NCBI GenBank assembly: GCA_036446455.1
Contig: JAZFSZ010000098.1
Location: 61-64,060 of the forward strand
From: Acidiferrobacterales bacterium
Lineage (GTDB): Bacteria; Pseudomonadota; Gammaproteobacteria; Acidiferrobacterales; JAJDNE01
Length of the DNA: 64,000 nt
Direction of reading: 5' to 3'
In this document: in pieces, positions 31,281 to 40,652 of the stretch
Layout: each line of letters opens with the position of its first letter
How positions within the stretch are numbered: position 1 is the stretch's first letter
Notes under the pieces: generated by a model
Seen by the model: the letters and a program-made list of their open reading frames with translations, nothing else
What the model was told of the DNA's origin: nothing
The model's database searches: none
Translations under genes and position numbers: made by a program

Positions 31281-32131
31281 GCCAACTCCCGATGTCGCAC
31301 CTGTGTTTGTACTCCCTTGCCGGCAAAATAGGAGGCCAGTTTATCTGTCAGGTAGACCGAGCGGTGCTGGCCACCGGTACAACCAATGGCAATTGTCAGG
31401 TAGCTGCGATTTTCCTGTATGAAGGAAGGCAGCCATTTTTCAAGAAAAGTACAGATTGACTCAAACATCTCGTGAACTTCTGCTTGTTTCTCCAGGAACT
31501 CGATTACCGGTTCATCCAGGCCTGAATATTGCCGCAGTTCTGTTTGCCAGTACGGATTGGGCAAACAGCGTATGTCAAATACATAGTCTGCGTCCAGTGG
31601 GGTACCGTGTTTGAAGCCGAACGAACGGAACAGCAGGGTGAGTCTGCCCGATTCGCTGCTGCAGGCGAAATCAAGAATCTGTTGCCTGAGTTCGTGCGGT
31701 GTGGTGAACGTTGTATCAATATGTAGCGCAGCATTGGACGAAAGTGGATTGAGCTGGCTCTTCTCCAGCGAAATTCCCTCGAGCAGGGAAATGTCCTCAT
31801 CGGTCAGCGGATGTTTGCGACGCGTTTCCTTGTAGCGCTTGATCAGTATGGCGTCGTCTGCCTCGAGAAACACGATCTGGAAATTAATTCCCAGTTTCGA
31901 CAATTCGTTCAGCGCCTCCGGCAGCTCTTTCAGGAACTCACGATTGCGTACGTCAATACCAACTGCAACATTTTCAGGTGGGTTGTTGCCCGATTGCTGT
32001 ATCTGTTCGGCAAGGTGGGGCAGGAGGCGGGCAGGCAGATTGTCGATGCAATAAAAACCCGAATCTTCGAGAGCGTGTAAGGCAATACTTTTTCCGGAGC
32101 CGGAAAGTCCACTAACAAGAAGAAAGCTCAT
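31277..32131 (-). CDS. rapZ: RNase adapter protein RapZ (YhbJ)
   Basis: 284 aa. P-loop VSGLSGSGKS and the conserved C-terminal GCTGGQHRSV motif. Confidence 0.93.
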   Translation of the reverse strand: MSFLLVSGLSGSGKSIALHALEDSGFYCIDNLPARLLPHLAEQIQQSGNNPPENVAVGIDVRNREFLKELPEALNELSKLGINFQIVFLEADDAILIKRYKETRRKHPLTDEDISLLEGISLEKSQLNPLSSNAALHIDTTFTTPHELRQQILDFACSSESGRLTLLFRSFGFKHGTPLDADYVFDIRCLPNPYWQTELRQYSGLDEPVIEFLEKQAEVHEMFESICTFLEKWLPSFIQENRSYLTIAIGCTGGQHRSVYLTDKLASYFAGKGVQTQVRHRELA

Positions 32132-33078
32132 TGCTTGCTATTGCTAAGGAGGGAGTCATGTTTTTTGATAAACTCCTCAACAGGGTTGATTCCCCACATA
32201 CGTAAAATATGTGTTCGCGTCGCCGCTTCCACAAGTACGGCCAGGTTTCTACCCGGCGCTACCAGCAACAGGACTTCAGGTATATCAACTTCCAGAAAAT
32301 TCCGGACGTTGCCATCGTTTAACAGGCGATCCATTTTATTGAGACGTGATTTGTCCAGGCGTTCCAGCCTGACGGTGAAGTGCACTTTCTTTTTGTGACG
32401 CACGGCCGTTTCGCCAAACATGGTTCTCACATTGAGAATGCCGAGACCGCGGACTTCAAGATATTCAAGCAGCTCGTGTTTCAGGCTCTGGCCCACCAGA
32501 ATATCGGGTCCGGCATGAACCAGTTCGACTGCATCATCCGCAATTAACCGGTGGCCGCGGCTCAGTAATTCCAGCGCCAGTTCGCTTTTACCAATGCCTG
32601 AATCACCGGTTATCAGAACGCCGATACCCATGACTTCCATGAATACGCCATGGACTGAAATACGTCGTGCCAGCGCGCGCGCAAGGTGATACTGCAATGT
32701 TTCAATAACGACCGGGCTGGGTACTGGTGAAATACATAGCGGCATGTTTGCGTTTTCTGCGGCCGCAATCATATCGTCGTCCGGCGGCTGGCCGGTAATG
32801 ACAACCAGAGAAGTGGTCTTGCACCCAAACAGCCGGGAGAGTGTACGACCCCGCTCTTCATCACTTAATTTGCTCAGGTACTGGTACTCGGTGCGACCGA
32901 TCACCTGTACACGATTGGGATGAACAAAATTGAGGTGACCCACCAGGGCCATGCCAGGATATTCGGCGTTAGGGGCTTCCAGTTCCCGCAAACCACCACC
33001 CCTGCCGGCGACCCATTCCAGGACGAGCTTGCCTTGCTGGTCGTTAACTAACTGATTTGTTGTTACCGTTGGATTCAT
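32128..33078 (-). CDS. hprK: HPr kinase/phosphorylase
   Basis: 316 aa. Walker A GDSGIGKSE and an HprK C-terminal catalytic-domain pattern. 4-nt overlaps on both sides. Confidence 0.93.
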   Translation of the reverse strand: MNPTVTTNQLVNDQQGKLVLEWVAGRGGGLRELEAPNAEYPGMALVGHLNFVHPNRVQVIGRTEYQYLSKLSDEERGRTLSRLFGCKTTSLVVITGQPPDDDMIAAAENANMPLCISPVPSPVVIETLQYHLARALARRISVHGVFMEVMGIGVLITGDSGIGKSELALELLSRGHRLIADDAVELVHAGPDILVGQSLKHELLEYLEVRGLGILNVRTMFGETAVRHKKKVHFTVRLERLDKSRLNKMDRLLNDGNVRNFLEVDIPEVLLLVAPGRNLAVLVEAATRTHILRMWGINPVEEFIKKHDSLLSNSKQ

Positions 33079-33548
33079 GACGCCTGTTGATAGTCGGAGT
33101 CAAAAGAACGGAAGAAATTATAGACTTCATCGCTTTGTTTTGCATTCAGCAATTGCTCGCGGTTCTCCTTATCCCCGAGAATGCGAGCCAGCTGTGCGAG
33201 AAGTTGCAAATGTTCCTTTGTTGCTTGTTCCGGTACCAGCAGGGCGAAAACGATTTTTACCGGTTTGCTGTCAATTGAATCGTAGTCCATTTCATCCTTG
33301 AGAATGATGCAGGCACCGACGGCGCGATCAAGTCCTTTCAGCCTTCCATGAGGGAGTGCGACACCGTTACCGACGCCGGTACTACCCAATCGCTCGCGAT
33401 CAATCAGGGACTGAAATGTCGCGCGGCCATCCAGACCAGGAACCGCGTCGCCCAGCAGTTCACTGATTTTTTCCAACAAGCGTTTTTTGCTACTGGCGCT
33501 TATCGATAGACTGACGCGTTCTGGCGAGATCAGGTCGTGGAGGAACAT
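33075..33548 (-). CDS. ptsN: Nitrogen-regulatory PTS EIIA protein PtsN
   Basis: 157 aa. EIIA(Ntr/Fru) pattern with the phosphorylatable His context GNGVALPHGRL. Confidence 0.92.
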   Translation of the reverse strand: MFLHDLISPERVSLSISASSKKRLLEKISELLGDAVPGLDGRATFQSLIDRERLGSTGVGNGVALPHGRLKGLDRAVGACIILKDEMDYDSIDSKPVKIVFALLVPEQATKEHLQLLAQLARILGDKENREQLLNAKQSDEVYNFFRSFDSDYQQAS

Positions 33549-33581
33549 GACCGTTTGGTTTTCCGTTGTGATAAAGGAGGA

Positions 33582-33908
33582 TCAGACAGCCGAATGTTTA
33601 CGCACAACACCCTCGCTGCGGTGATGGTCTGACGTTTTTTCCTTGAGCTTGATTACCTGGCGATTCAGCTTGTCCGAGAGCGAGTCGATCGCGGCGTACA
33701 TGTCCTCGCCTTCAGCATTGGCGTGCAGTTGTGCCCCTTTCGCGTTGATCGTGGCTTCGGCCAGCTGACGGGTTTTTTCTACCTGCAGTACTACATAAGT
33801 GTTGGTAACGTGATCAAAATGTTTCTCGATTCGGCCCAGTTTCTCAGACACGTAATCGTGGAGTGCATCTGTAATATTGATATTTTTTCCGGTGACAGTC
33901 ATTTTCAT
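33582..33908 (-). CDS. hpf: Ribosome hibernation promoting factor (sigma-54 modulation protein family, short form)
   Basis: 108 aa. MKMTVTGKNINITDALHDYVSEKL... is typical of HPF/YhbH. Conserved position downstream of rpoN. Confidence 0.92.
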   Translation of the reverse strand: MKMTVTGKNINITDALHDYVSEKLGRIEKHFDHVTNTYVVLQVEKTRQLAEATINAKGAQLHANAEGEDMYAAIDSLSDKLNRQVIKLKEKTSDHHRSEGVVRKHSAV

Positions 33909-33927
33909 GATGTTGTTCTCCTCACCT

Positions 33928-35388
33928 TTATATAAGCGCCTTTCTCAAATTAGAGGCTGGTATGTTCAGTGATTCACGGTACTTAGCGATAGTTCGGCGC
34001 GCGACGTTGATGCCCTGATCACTCAGCAGCTGGGCAATCTTGTTGTCACTAGCCGGTTTATCTGTTGACTCGGCGTCAATAATCTTGTGAATCAAGGATC
34101 GAATGGCAGTGGCGGAGCAGGTGCCGCCGTCTACTGTGCCGACATGACTGGAAAAGAAGTACTTGAGTTCAAACACGCCTCGCGGTGTCAGCATGTATTT
34201 GTTTGTTGTCACACGTGAGATGGTTGACTCATGCATTTCCACCGCCTCGGCAATATCGTACAGCACCAATGGTCTCATTGCCTCAGGGCCGTGATCAAAG
34301 AATGCACGTTGACGATCGATTATCTGCCTTGCTACCTTGAGCAGGGTATCATTACGGCTGTGCAGGCTTTTCAGGAACCACTTGGCTTGCTGTAACTGCT
34401 CCTGCAGGTACTTATTGTCTTCACTGTTGTTCCCGCGTTTAATCAGTTTCTCGTATTGCCGATGAATGCGCAGGCGTGGGCTGACTTCGCTATTGAGTTC
34501 AGCCCGCCAGAACCCTTTCACCTTTTTAACAATAATATCCGGCACAATATAACTGGCTTGCGGTGCATTAACGCTGGCGCCGGGCCGTGGGTTTAGTTGG
34601 TGAATTAATTGCAAGGCGCCCTGTAGTTCTTCCTGTCGTAGTTTCAGATTGCGGCGCAGCTTGTTATGGTCGCGGCTGGCGAGAAGGGCCAGATTCTCTT
34701 CAGTGGCAAGCGCGCGGGCCGCCTCGAAAAAGGGTGTATTGTCATCCAGGATGCGCATCTGTAATCGAATGCACTCCGCCAGGTTTCTCGCGCCTATCCC
34801 CAGAGGATCAAAGTTCTGAACCTGGTGTAGCACGGCCTCGATTTCGTCGATACCGACTTCATCGTCTTCCTCGCTTAATGTGTCGCGAATTTCTTCCAGG
34901 CTGCTCTGTAAATAGCCGTCATCGTTGATGGCATCAATGACGGCCATGGCAATTGCCTTATCACGATCTGAAAACAGTGTCATCTGCATTTGCCAGACCA
35001 GATGATCCTTCAGAGATTGCTCAGCGCTGTTACGGGCATCGATATCTGGTACGGCACTGTCGCTGCTGTTGCGCGTAACGGGAGCCACCGGCGTTTCGAA
35101 AGGGTCTGCCCACTCCTGGTCTGTTTCCGGATCACCGTTAGGCGCGCCTTTTTCCATTTCGGTGTCGGTCGCGCGAATGACGCCATCACCGTTAAGATCT
35201 TCGTTGGGTTCGGTCTCCGCTTTGGCGGTTTCTTCCTCGGACTCTTCCAGCAGTGGATTGGTTTCCAGTGCCTCCTGGATTTCCTGCTGCAGCTCTAACG
35301 AGGACAGCTGCAGTAGTCTGATGGCTTGCTGCAGTTGCGGGGTGATGGTCAGCTGGTGACCGAGCTTTAGCTCTAGCGATTGTTTCAT
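33928..35388 (-). CDS. rpoN: RNA polymerase sigma-54 factor
   Basis: 486 aa. Gln/Leu-rich region I (LQQAIRLLQLSSLELQQEIQ), an acidic region II, and the C-terminal RpoN box ARRTIAKYR. Confidence 0.96.
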   Translation of the reverse strand: MKQSLELKLGHQLTITPQLQQAIRLLQLSSLELQQEIQEALETNPLLEESEEETAKAETEPNEDLNGDGVIRATDTEMEKGAPNGDPETDQEWADPFETPVAPVTRNSSDSAVPDIDARNSAEQSLKDHLVWQMQMTLFSDRDKAIAMAVIDAINDDGYLQSSLEEIRDTLSEEDDEVGIDEIEAVLHQVQNFDPLGIGARNLAECIRLQMRILDDNTPFFEAARALATEENLALLASRDHNKLRRNLKLRQEELQGALQLIHQLNPRPGASVNAPQASYIVPDIIVKKVKGFWRAELNSEVSPRLRIHRQYEKLIKRGNNSEDNKYLQEQLQQAKWFLKSLHSRNDTLLKVARQIIDRQRAFFDHGPEAMRPLVLYDIAEAVEMHESTISRVTTNKYMLTPRGVFELKYFFSSHVGTVDGGTCSATAIRSLIHKIIDAESTDKPASDNKIAQLLSDQGINVARRTIAKYRESLNIPASNLRKALI

Positions 35389-35521
35389 GCTCGACGGGCT
35401 GTCAGTAACTTCCTGCTTTCATAAATCCGGACAACTATGGTCGGAATGGAGTTTCCTTATACTTTTATTCTAGTCCATTTCTACTTGCTGGGGGTAGAAA
35501 AATTAATTGTGATTTTATCGC

Positions 35522-36247
35522 TTAAAGGGTGAAATTTTCACCCAGATAAACGCGCTTGACATCCTCATTCTGGAGGACGTTCGCTGGCGTTCCGGCAGTC
35601 AGAATCGACCCCTCGCTGAGGATATAGGCGCGGTCGCAAATCTTCAGCGTTTCACGCACATTATGATCAGTAATCAGCACGCCGATGCCCAGTTCCTGCA
35701 ACTGCTTGATTAAGTGTTGAATTTCAATTACTGATATGGGATCCACGCCGGCAAAGGGTTCATCCAGTAAAATAAAGGCGGGTTGTGTGGCCAGGGCCCG
35801 GGCGATTTCCGCGCGTCGGCGTTCGCCACCGGATAGGCTGATACCCAGCGTATTGCGGCGCTCGGTAATATGCAGATCCTGCATCAATTGCTCAAGGCGG
35901 TGCTGGCGTTGTTCCCTGTCCAGATCCGCCCGTGTTTCGAGGATTGCCATAATGTTCTGTTCTACCGTCAGCTTGCGGAAAATGGACGGTTCTTGTGGCA
36001 GGTAACCCACGCCCAGCTTGGCGCGTTGGTGCATGGGCAGGGCGGTAATGTCTTTATCATCCAGGTGCAGAATGCCCTTATCGGCCTTGATCAGGCCGAC
36101 AATTATATAAAAACAGGTAGTCTTTCCGGCCCCGTTGGGGCCCAATAGCCCAACGACTTCGCCGCTGTTGACCGATAGGGAGACATCGTTAACCACGTTG
36201 CGTCCCTTGTACTGTTTTTTCAGTCCGGTTGCCGTCAGTGTGCTCAT
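35522..36247 (-). CDS. lptB: LPS export ABC transporter ATP-binding protein LptB
   Basis: 241 aa. Walker [10 protein letters not shown], signature LSGGERRR, Walker B ILLDEPF. lptCAB-rpoN synteny. Confidence 0.95.
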   Translation of the reverse strand: MSTLTATGLKKQYKGRNVVNDVSLSVNSGEVVGLLGPNGAGKTTCFYIIVGLIKADKGILHLDDKDITALPMHQRAKLGVGYLPQEPSIFRKLTVEQNIMAILETRADLDREQRQHRLEQLMQDLHITERRNTLGISLSGGERRRAEIARALATQPAFILLDEPFAGVDPISVIEIQHLIKQLQELGIGVLITDHNVRETLKICDRAYILSEGSILTAGTPANVLQNEDVKRVYLGENFTL

Positions 36248-36807
36248 TTCTGCATGCCTGGCGGAGGCAGCGTTTGCGTGGCCAAACGTTTGATCTGAAA
36301 CGTTGCCTTGACAGGTGTAGAGCGGTTCAGGCCTTCTGCCATAATAGTATCGTCATTAATGTGATAGGTGACTTCAGCGCTTTTTATCACATCGTTGCCC
36401 TGGCGGACGATGACTTTGCCGGTAACGATTACCAGGTTGCGTTTTACCAGGTAAAGCAGGCGCTCACCGTTGACTGTTGTTAGCATTTTATTTTGAGGAT
36501 CGCGTATTCTGACAATAACGGGATTGCCAAAGGCTCTAATCGTATCAATATTACTGTTGCGCTGCTTTACCGTTGCCTTGTCAGCGATAAAAGATAATTT
36601 ACCACGTTTAAGATGAACCTTGCCCTGGTAAGTGGATAGCCCTGTCCGCTGATCCACGGTGATGTGTTGAGCGCGCAAATAGATCGGATTGTCCCCACCA
36701 TAGGTGAGCGGTGAGATTGCCGACATCACAATTGCCAATAACCAGCACTGTGGGTTACTGCCTGCCTGCGCGGAAATTTCGGAAATCAGATTATTTGTTT
36801 TCGACAT
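36244..36807 (-). CDS. lptA: LPS transport periplasmic protein LptA
   Basis: 187 aa. Signal peptide followed by an OstA-like beta-jellyroll pattern. 4-nt overlap with lptB. Confidence 0.85.
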   Translation of the reverse strand: MSKTNNLISEISAQAGSNPQCWLLAIVMSAISPLTYGGDNPIYLRAQHITVDQRTGLSTYQGKVHLKRGKLSFIADKATVKQRNSNIDTIRAFGNPVIVRIRDPQNKMLTTVNGERLLYLVKRNLVIVTGKVIVRQGNDVIKSAEVTYHINDDTIMAEGLNRSTPVKATFQIKRLATQTLPPPGMQK

Positions 36808-36836
36808 GCTATCCGGGTAGGGGCCAAGGCACCGGG

Positions 36837-37259
36837 TTATTGCAAGATGACACGTGTTGAATCTGAACGAATGTCGCTCAGCACATTGCCATTTTTTTTG
36901 CGAATAATACGAACGTTCTTTTCCATATAAAGTTCCAGACCACTATCCGGGTATCGCGCTCTGTCGGCGCTGGTATGTATTGTGATGCCATCGCGCAGAT
37001 ATTGCACGAGGTAGGCGTTGTCCAGACGCGCCAGCCCCTCCTTTGGATAATGTGTCAAACGTTTTGCGGACAGACTGAATTTCTTTTTTCCATTTATGTT
37101 CATTTGAACGACATGCAGGCCATCAATAATATAGTCTGGCGTGGCAGGACTGCCGGTGACAATGGGCCGATCGGGCAGGCGCAGGGTGGTTGAAAGCCAC
37201 CAGAGAAAGACGGTAAAAACCAATACAGCAGAGACAATGGCAAGGCGCTTTCTATCCAT
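36837..37259 (-). CDS. lptC: LPS export system protein LptC (unusually short, 140 aa)
   Basis: N-terminal TM anchor MDRKRLAIVSAVLVFTVFLWWL followed by an LptC-like beta-rich region. Position between kdsC and lptA. It ends roughly 50 residues before the E. coli LptC C-terminus (my alignment by eye). Confidence 0.7.
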   Translation of the reverse strand: MDRKRLAIVSAVLVFTVFLWWLSTTLRLPDRPIVTGSPATPDYIIDGLHVVQMNINGKKKFSLSAKRLTHYPKEGLARLDNAYLVQYLRDGITIHTSADRARYPDSGLELYMEKNVRIIRKKNGNVLSDIRSDSTRVILQ

Positions 37260-37296
37260 TAGCGGCCGGAAGTTGCGTTTTCGTTATGCGACTTTT

Positions 37297-37878
37297 TCAA
37301 AGGTAGCGCTTCATTTCCTCGGCATAGTTGCCTTGAGCAAACATCATCATTTCACAGAATTCCCGTGCGGCGCCACAACCACCGTTGCTGGGGGTAATCC
37401 AGTGTGAGTGCTCCTTGACCAGGGGGTGGCCATCGGCCACCGCCACCGACAGGCCGACGCGTAGCATAATCGGAAGATCAACAATGTCATCGCCGACGAA
37501 GGCCACCTCATCGTGCTGCAGACCGAGATCCATGATCAGCTTTTCATATACCGGCAGTTTTTCCAGAGCGCCCTGGTAAAGATGCCTGATCTTGATGTCG
37601 TTGGCCCGATGCTCGACAACTCTGGACATACGGCCGGTAATGATGGCCGTATCGACACCATTGGCCGCCAGCATTTTCATACCGAGCCCGTCGCGCGAAT
37701 TAAAGGCCTTGTATTCCTGTCCGTCATCACCCAGAAATAACGCACCAGTGGTGAGAACTCCATCGACATCAAAAATGGCAAGTTTGATCTTCTGTGCGCG
37801 TATGATGACGGCTTCATCGATTTCAAACATGGGTGCCAGGTTGGCAGGCACGATCGGGCGCGAGTGGTTATCTGACAT
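37297..37878 (-). CDS. kdsC: 3-deoxy-D-manno-octulosonate 8-phosphate phosphatase KdsC
   Basis: 193 aa. HAD motif I IKLAIFDVDGVLT and the conserved GDDxxD region (FVGDDIVDLP). Confidence 0.9.
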   Translation of the reverse strand: MSDNHSRPIVPANLAPMFEIDEAVIIRAQKIKLAIFDVDGVLTTGALFLGDDGQEYKAFNSRDGLGMKMLAANGVDTAIITGRMSRVVEHRANDIKIRHLYQGALEKLPVYEKLIMDLGLQHDEVAFVGDDIVDLPIMLRVGLSVAVADGHPLVKEHSHWITPSNGGCGAAREFCEMMMFAQGNYAEEMKRYL

Positions 37879-38849
37879 CAGATAATTCCTGCTCTCAACA
37901 GGTCATGCATGTTGAGAGCGCCCAGTACGCGACCACTGTCATCCACAGCGAACAGACCATTTATTTTTTTTGTTTGCATTAGCTGTACCGCTTCCGCCGC
38001 CAGTATATCGGCACTGATTGTGACGGGATTCGAGGTCATGACATCTTTAATTCCCGCACTGTAGACATCCACGCCCTGTTCAAGCGTGCGTCGTAAATCG
38101 CCGTCGGTATAGATTCCCTTGAGGCGATTGCCTTTATCCACAATCGCCGTCATCCCCAGTGATTTGCTCGACATTTCCAGCAGGGCATCCTTCAGCGATA
38201 CATCTTCATTGACGATGGGCAGCTGGTCGCCGCTGTGCATAATATCTTTTACATAGAGCAGCAGTCGTCGTCCAAGTTGGCCACCGGGGTGTGAGCGCGC
38301 AAAATCCTCTTCCGTAAAGTTACGGGATTTCAGCAGGGCTACCGCCAACGCATCTCCCATGGCCAGGGTGGCGGTGGTGCTTGAGGTCGGTGTCAGATTG
38401 AGTGGGCAGGCCTCTTTGGCGACACTGATATCCAACACGACGTCAGACTGGCGAGCGAGTTCTGATGAGATATTGCCTGTCATGGATATGAGTTTTACTC
38501 CCATGCGCTTGATCATTGGCAGGATGGTCAGGATTTCCGTTGTCGAGCCCGAGTTGGAGATCGCCAATACGATATCATCCGGGGTAATCATTCCAAGATC
38601 GCCGTGGCTGGCCTCACCGGGATGAACAAAGAATGCCGGGGTGCCGGTACTGGCCAGGGTGGCGGCGATCTTGCCGCCGATGTGGCCTGACTTGCCCATG
38701 CCCACGACCACGACACGACCGGTACAATTGAGTATGGTTTCGCAGGCGCGAACAAACTCTGAATTAATGCGATCGGAAAGGGCAGCGACTGCCTCGGCCT
38801 CGAGGGCGATAACGTTCTTGCCCAGCTTCTGGAAAGACGTTTCCGTCAT
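37878..38849 (-). CDS. kdsD: Arabinose-5-phosphate isomerase KdsD
   Basis: The ORF is open to 39131, but the ATG at 38849 (MTETSFQKLGKN...) gives 323 aa of normal KdsD size. SIS domain VVVGMGKSGHIG plus a C-terminal CBS pair. Confidence 0.93.
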   Translation of the reverse strand: MTETSFQKLGKNVIALEAEAVAALSDRINSEFVRACETILNCTGRVVVVGMGKSGHIGGKIAATLASTGTPAFFVHPGEASHGDLGMITPDDIVLAISNSGSTTEILTILPMIKRMGVKLISMTGNISSELARQSDVVLDISVAKEACPLNLTPTSSTTATLAMGDALAVALLKSRNFTEEDFARSHPGGQLGRRLLLYVKDIMHSGDQLPIVNEDVSLKDALLEMSSKSLGMTAIVDKGNRLKGIYTDGDLRRTLEQGVDVYSAGIKDVMTSNPVTISADILAAEAVQLMQTKKINGLFAVDDSGRVLGALNMHDLLRAGII

Positions 38850-38987
38850 AGTAAATGTGCAACAACCGGTAGTTTTGGATAGCGATTGAGTATAGCGAAA
38901 GCGGACAGAAATTACTTCAGCATTGCATCGGCTCTGACCCGTCAGTACAGTATCCGGTAGCTTGGAATTGACAGGTAACGTGAGGCA

Positions 38988-39668
38988 ATGACAAAAGAAT
39001 TGATGGTTGGCACGACAGGTTGGGACCACAATGATTGGGTGGTCGACTACTATCCGGACGACTTGCCCGATGACTGGCGTTTCGCTTACTACAGTAACGA
39101 CCATCGCTCGGTGCTTGTGCCAGCCGACCACTTCCAGACGTATGATGAGGATGCGCTATCGGAATTGTTGGAGGACTGTGACGAATCGTTTCGCTTTGTT
39201 GTCGAGATACCCGAAACCTGTCTGGAAGATACGGGTACTGAATTGTTGCAGGCGTTTCTCAACGGAATTTCATCCCTGTATTCGCGGCTCGGTGGTTTCT
39301 ATTTGCCGTTAGGCGAGGCCACAAGTCAGGGGGTGGCTCGATTACCGGCCAAGGTCAAGCTGTTGCAGGAGCACGGTCCTCTTTGTATCGACTTTGAGCA
39401 CGAATCCGGAGCTTCGGAACAGCTGATACGATTAATGGCCGATAACAATATTGGTTTGTGCTGGCATCCTGAATGTGATGATGAGCCCACCACTGGTGGA
39501 GCATTAATGCTTGTGCTAAGTGATGAGGAAACTCCCAGGGCTCATAGACATATAATTGAAGCCCTGGAGGAATGGATGCAGCAAAGTTACGGTTTGACCG
39601 GGTTGTTTTTGAAAACGTCCGCGGCCGCGAGTCAGGCACGCATTATTGCTGAAATGCTCGGTGTCTAA
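38988..39668 (+). CDS. Acidic hypothetical protein, DUF72-like
   Basis: 226 aa. N-terminus MVGTTGWDHNDWVVDYYPDDLPDDWRFAYYSNDHRSVLV resembles the DUF72 signature (GTSGW..W...YP....L.YYa..F..vE) by eye. The rest is divergent. Divergently oriented from kdsD. Confidence 0.5.
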   Translation: MTKELMVGTTGWDHNDWVVDYYPDDLPDDWRFAYYSNDHRSVLVPADHFQTYDEDALSELLEDCDESFRFVVEIPETCLEDTGTELLQAFLNGISSLYSRLGGFYLPLGEATSQGVARLPAKVKLLQEHGPLCIDFEHESGASEQLIRLMADNNIGLCWHPECDDEPTTGGALMLVLSDEETPRAHRHIIEALEEWMQQSYGLTGLFLKTSAAASQARIIAEMLGV

Positions 39669-39803
39669 CCGGTCTGATTATGATGGCGCATCGATTCTGT
39701 GTTTGGGCGTGTTTTCGTGTGTGGACTATGGCGCGCGCTCAGGAGATTCCGTGTTACATTGATCCAGTCAGGATCGGTAAAAATAAACGCAAAGGAACCG
39801 CCG

Positions 39804-40652
39804 TTGGAGACAAGCAGCAACGCCGTTGTTGAGATTCGGGATGTCAGCTTCAGTTACGGCGACAGACTCATTATCGACCATCTGTCCCTGACCATTCCCC
39901 GGGGCAAGGTGGTCGCTATCATGGGAGGCAGTGGTTGCGGCAAGACCACCTTGCTGAACCTCATTGGCGGTCGCATCAAACCCGATTCCGGAAGTCTGAT
40001 GGTCGATGGCATGTCGGTCCCCGACTTGAGCAAAAAGGAACTCTTCGCTTTGCGCAAGCGCATGGGCATGTTGTTCCAGTCCGGTGCGCTGCTAACCGAT
40101 TTATCTGTGTTCGAGAACGTGGCGTTCCCGATTCGGGAGCATACACAGTTACCGGAATCATTACTGCGCAAAGTCGTGCTGATGAAGCTGGAACGGGTGG
40201 GATTGCGTGGTGCCTGGGACTTGATGCCGTCGGAGCTTTCCGGTGGTATGGCGCGGCGTGCCGCCCTGGCGCGCGCCATCGCTCTCGAACCGATGATGAT
40301 AATGTACGACGAACCGTTTACCGGGCTGGATCCCATCTCCAAGGGAGTGATTGCCAAGCTCATCAAGGAACTCAACCAGGTGCTGGGTATTACATCCATC
40401 GTCGTATCCCACGACGTTGCCGATACCTGCGCCATTTCGGATTACGCTTACCTGGTGGGCGAAGGGCGAATCATAGGAGAGGGTTCACCGGCAGAGGTAC
40501 TGCAGTCCGGTTCCGAACATGTTCGCCAGTTTATGCAAGGTTTACCCGATGGGCCAGTGCCGTACCAGTATCCGGCACCGGATTATGTTCAGGATCTGCT
40601 CGCGCTTGACGTCAATCAATCGGTCAACGGACAAGTGGCAGAAAATGAATAG
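39804..40652 (+). CDS. mlaF: Phospholipid ABC transporter ATP-binding protein MlaF
   Basis: The ORF is open from 39699 with no upstream ATG. TTG 39804, 7 nt after AAGGA, gives an N-terminus comparable in length to E. coli MlaF. Walker [10 protein letters not shown], signature LSGGMARR, Walker B MIMYDEPF. Confidence 0.88.
   Translation: METSSNAVVEIRDVSFSYGDRLIIDHLSLTIPRGKVVAIMGGSGCGKTTLLNLIGGRIKPDSGSLMVDGMSVPDLSKKELFALRKRMGMLFQSGALLTDLSVFENVAFPIREHTQLPESLLRKVVLMKLERVGLRGAWDLMPSELSGGMARRAALARAIALEPMMIMYDEPFTGLDPISKGVIAKLIKELNQVLGITSIVVSHDVADTCAISDYAYLVGEGRIIGEGSPAEVLQSGSEHVRQFMQGLPDGPVPYQYPAPDYVQDLLALDVNQSVNGQVAENE

Noticed and set aside
36892-36899. T8 (A8 on the coding strand) homopolymer in lptC, considered as a frameshift or phase-variation site that might explain the short LptC
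   Set aside because: The -1 frame terminates after a few codons. The +1 frame gives non-LptC-like sequence before joining the lptA frame. There is no support for a frameshifted longer LptC.
38850-39131. 94-codon N-terminal extension of the kdsD ORF
   Set aside because: It would overlap the divergent gene at 38988 and add non-homologous Val/Cys-rich sequence. The ATG at 38849 yields a normal 323-aa KdsD.
39935-40609. 224-aa alternative-frame plus-strand ORF inside mlaF
   Set aside because: The translation is Arg/Gly-rich frame-shifted noise, and the mlaF frame carries all the ABC motifs.
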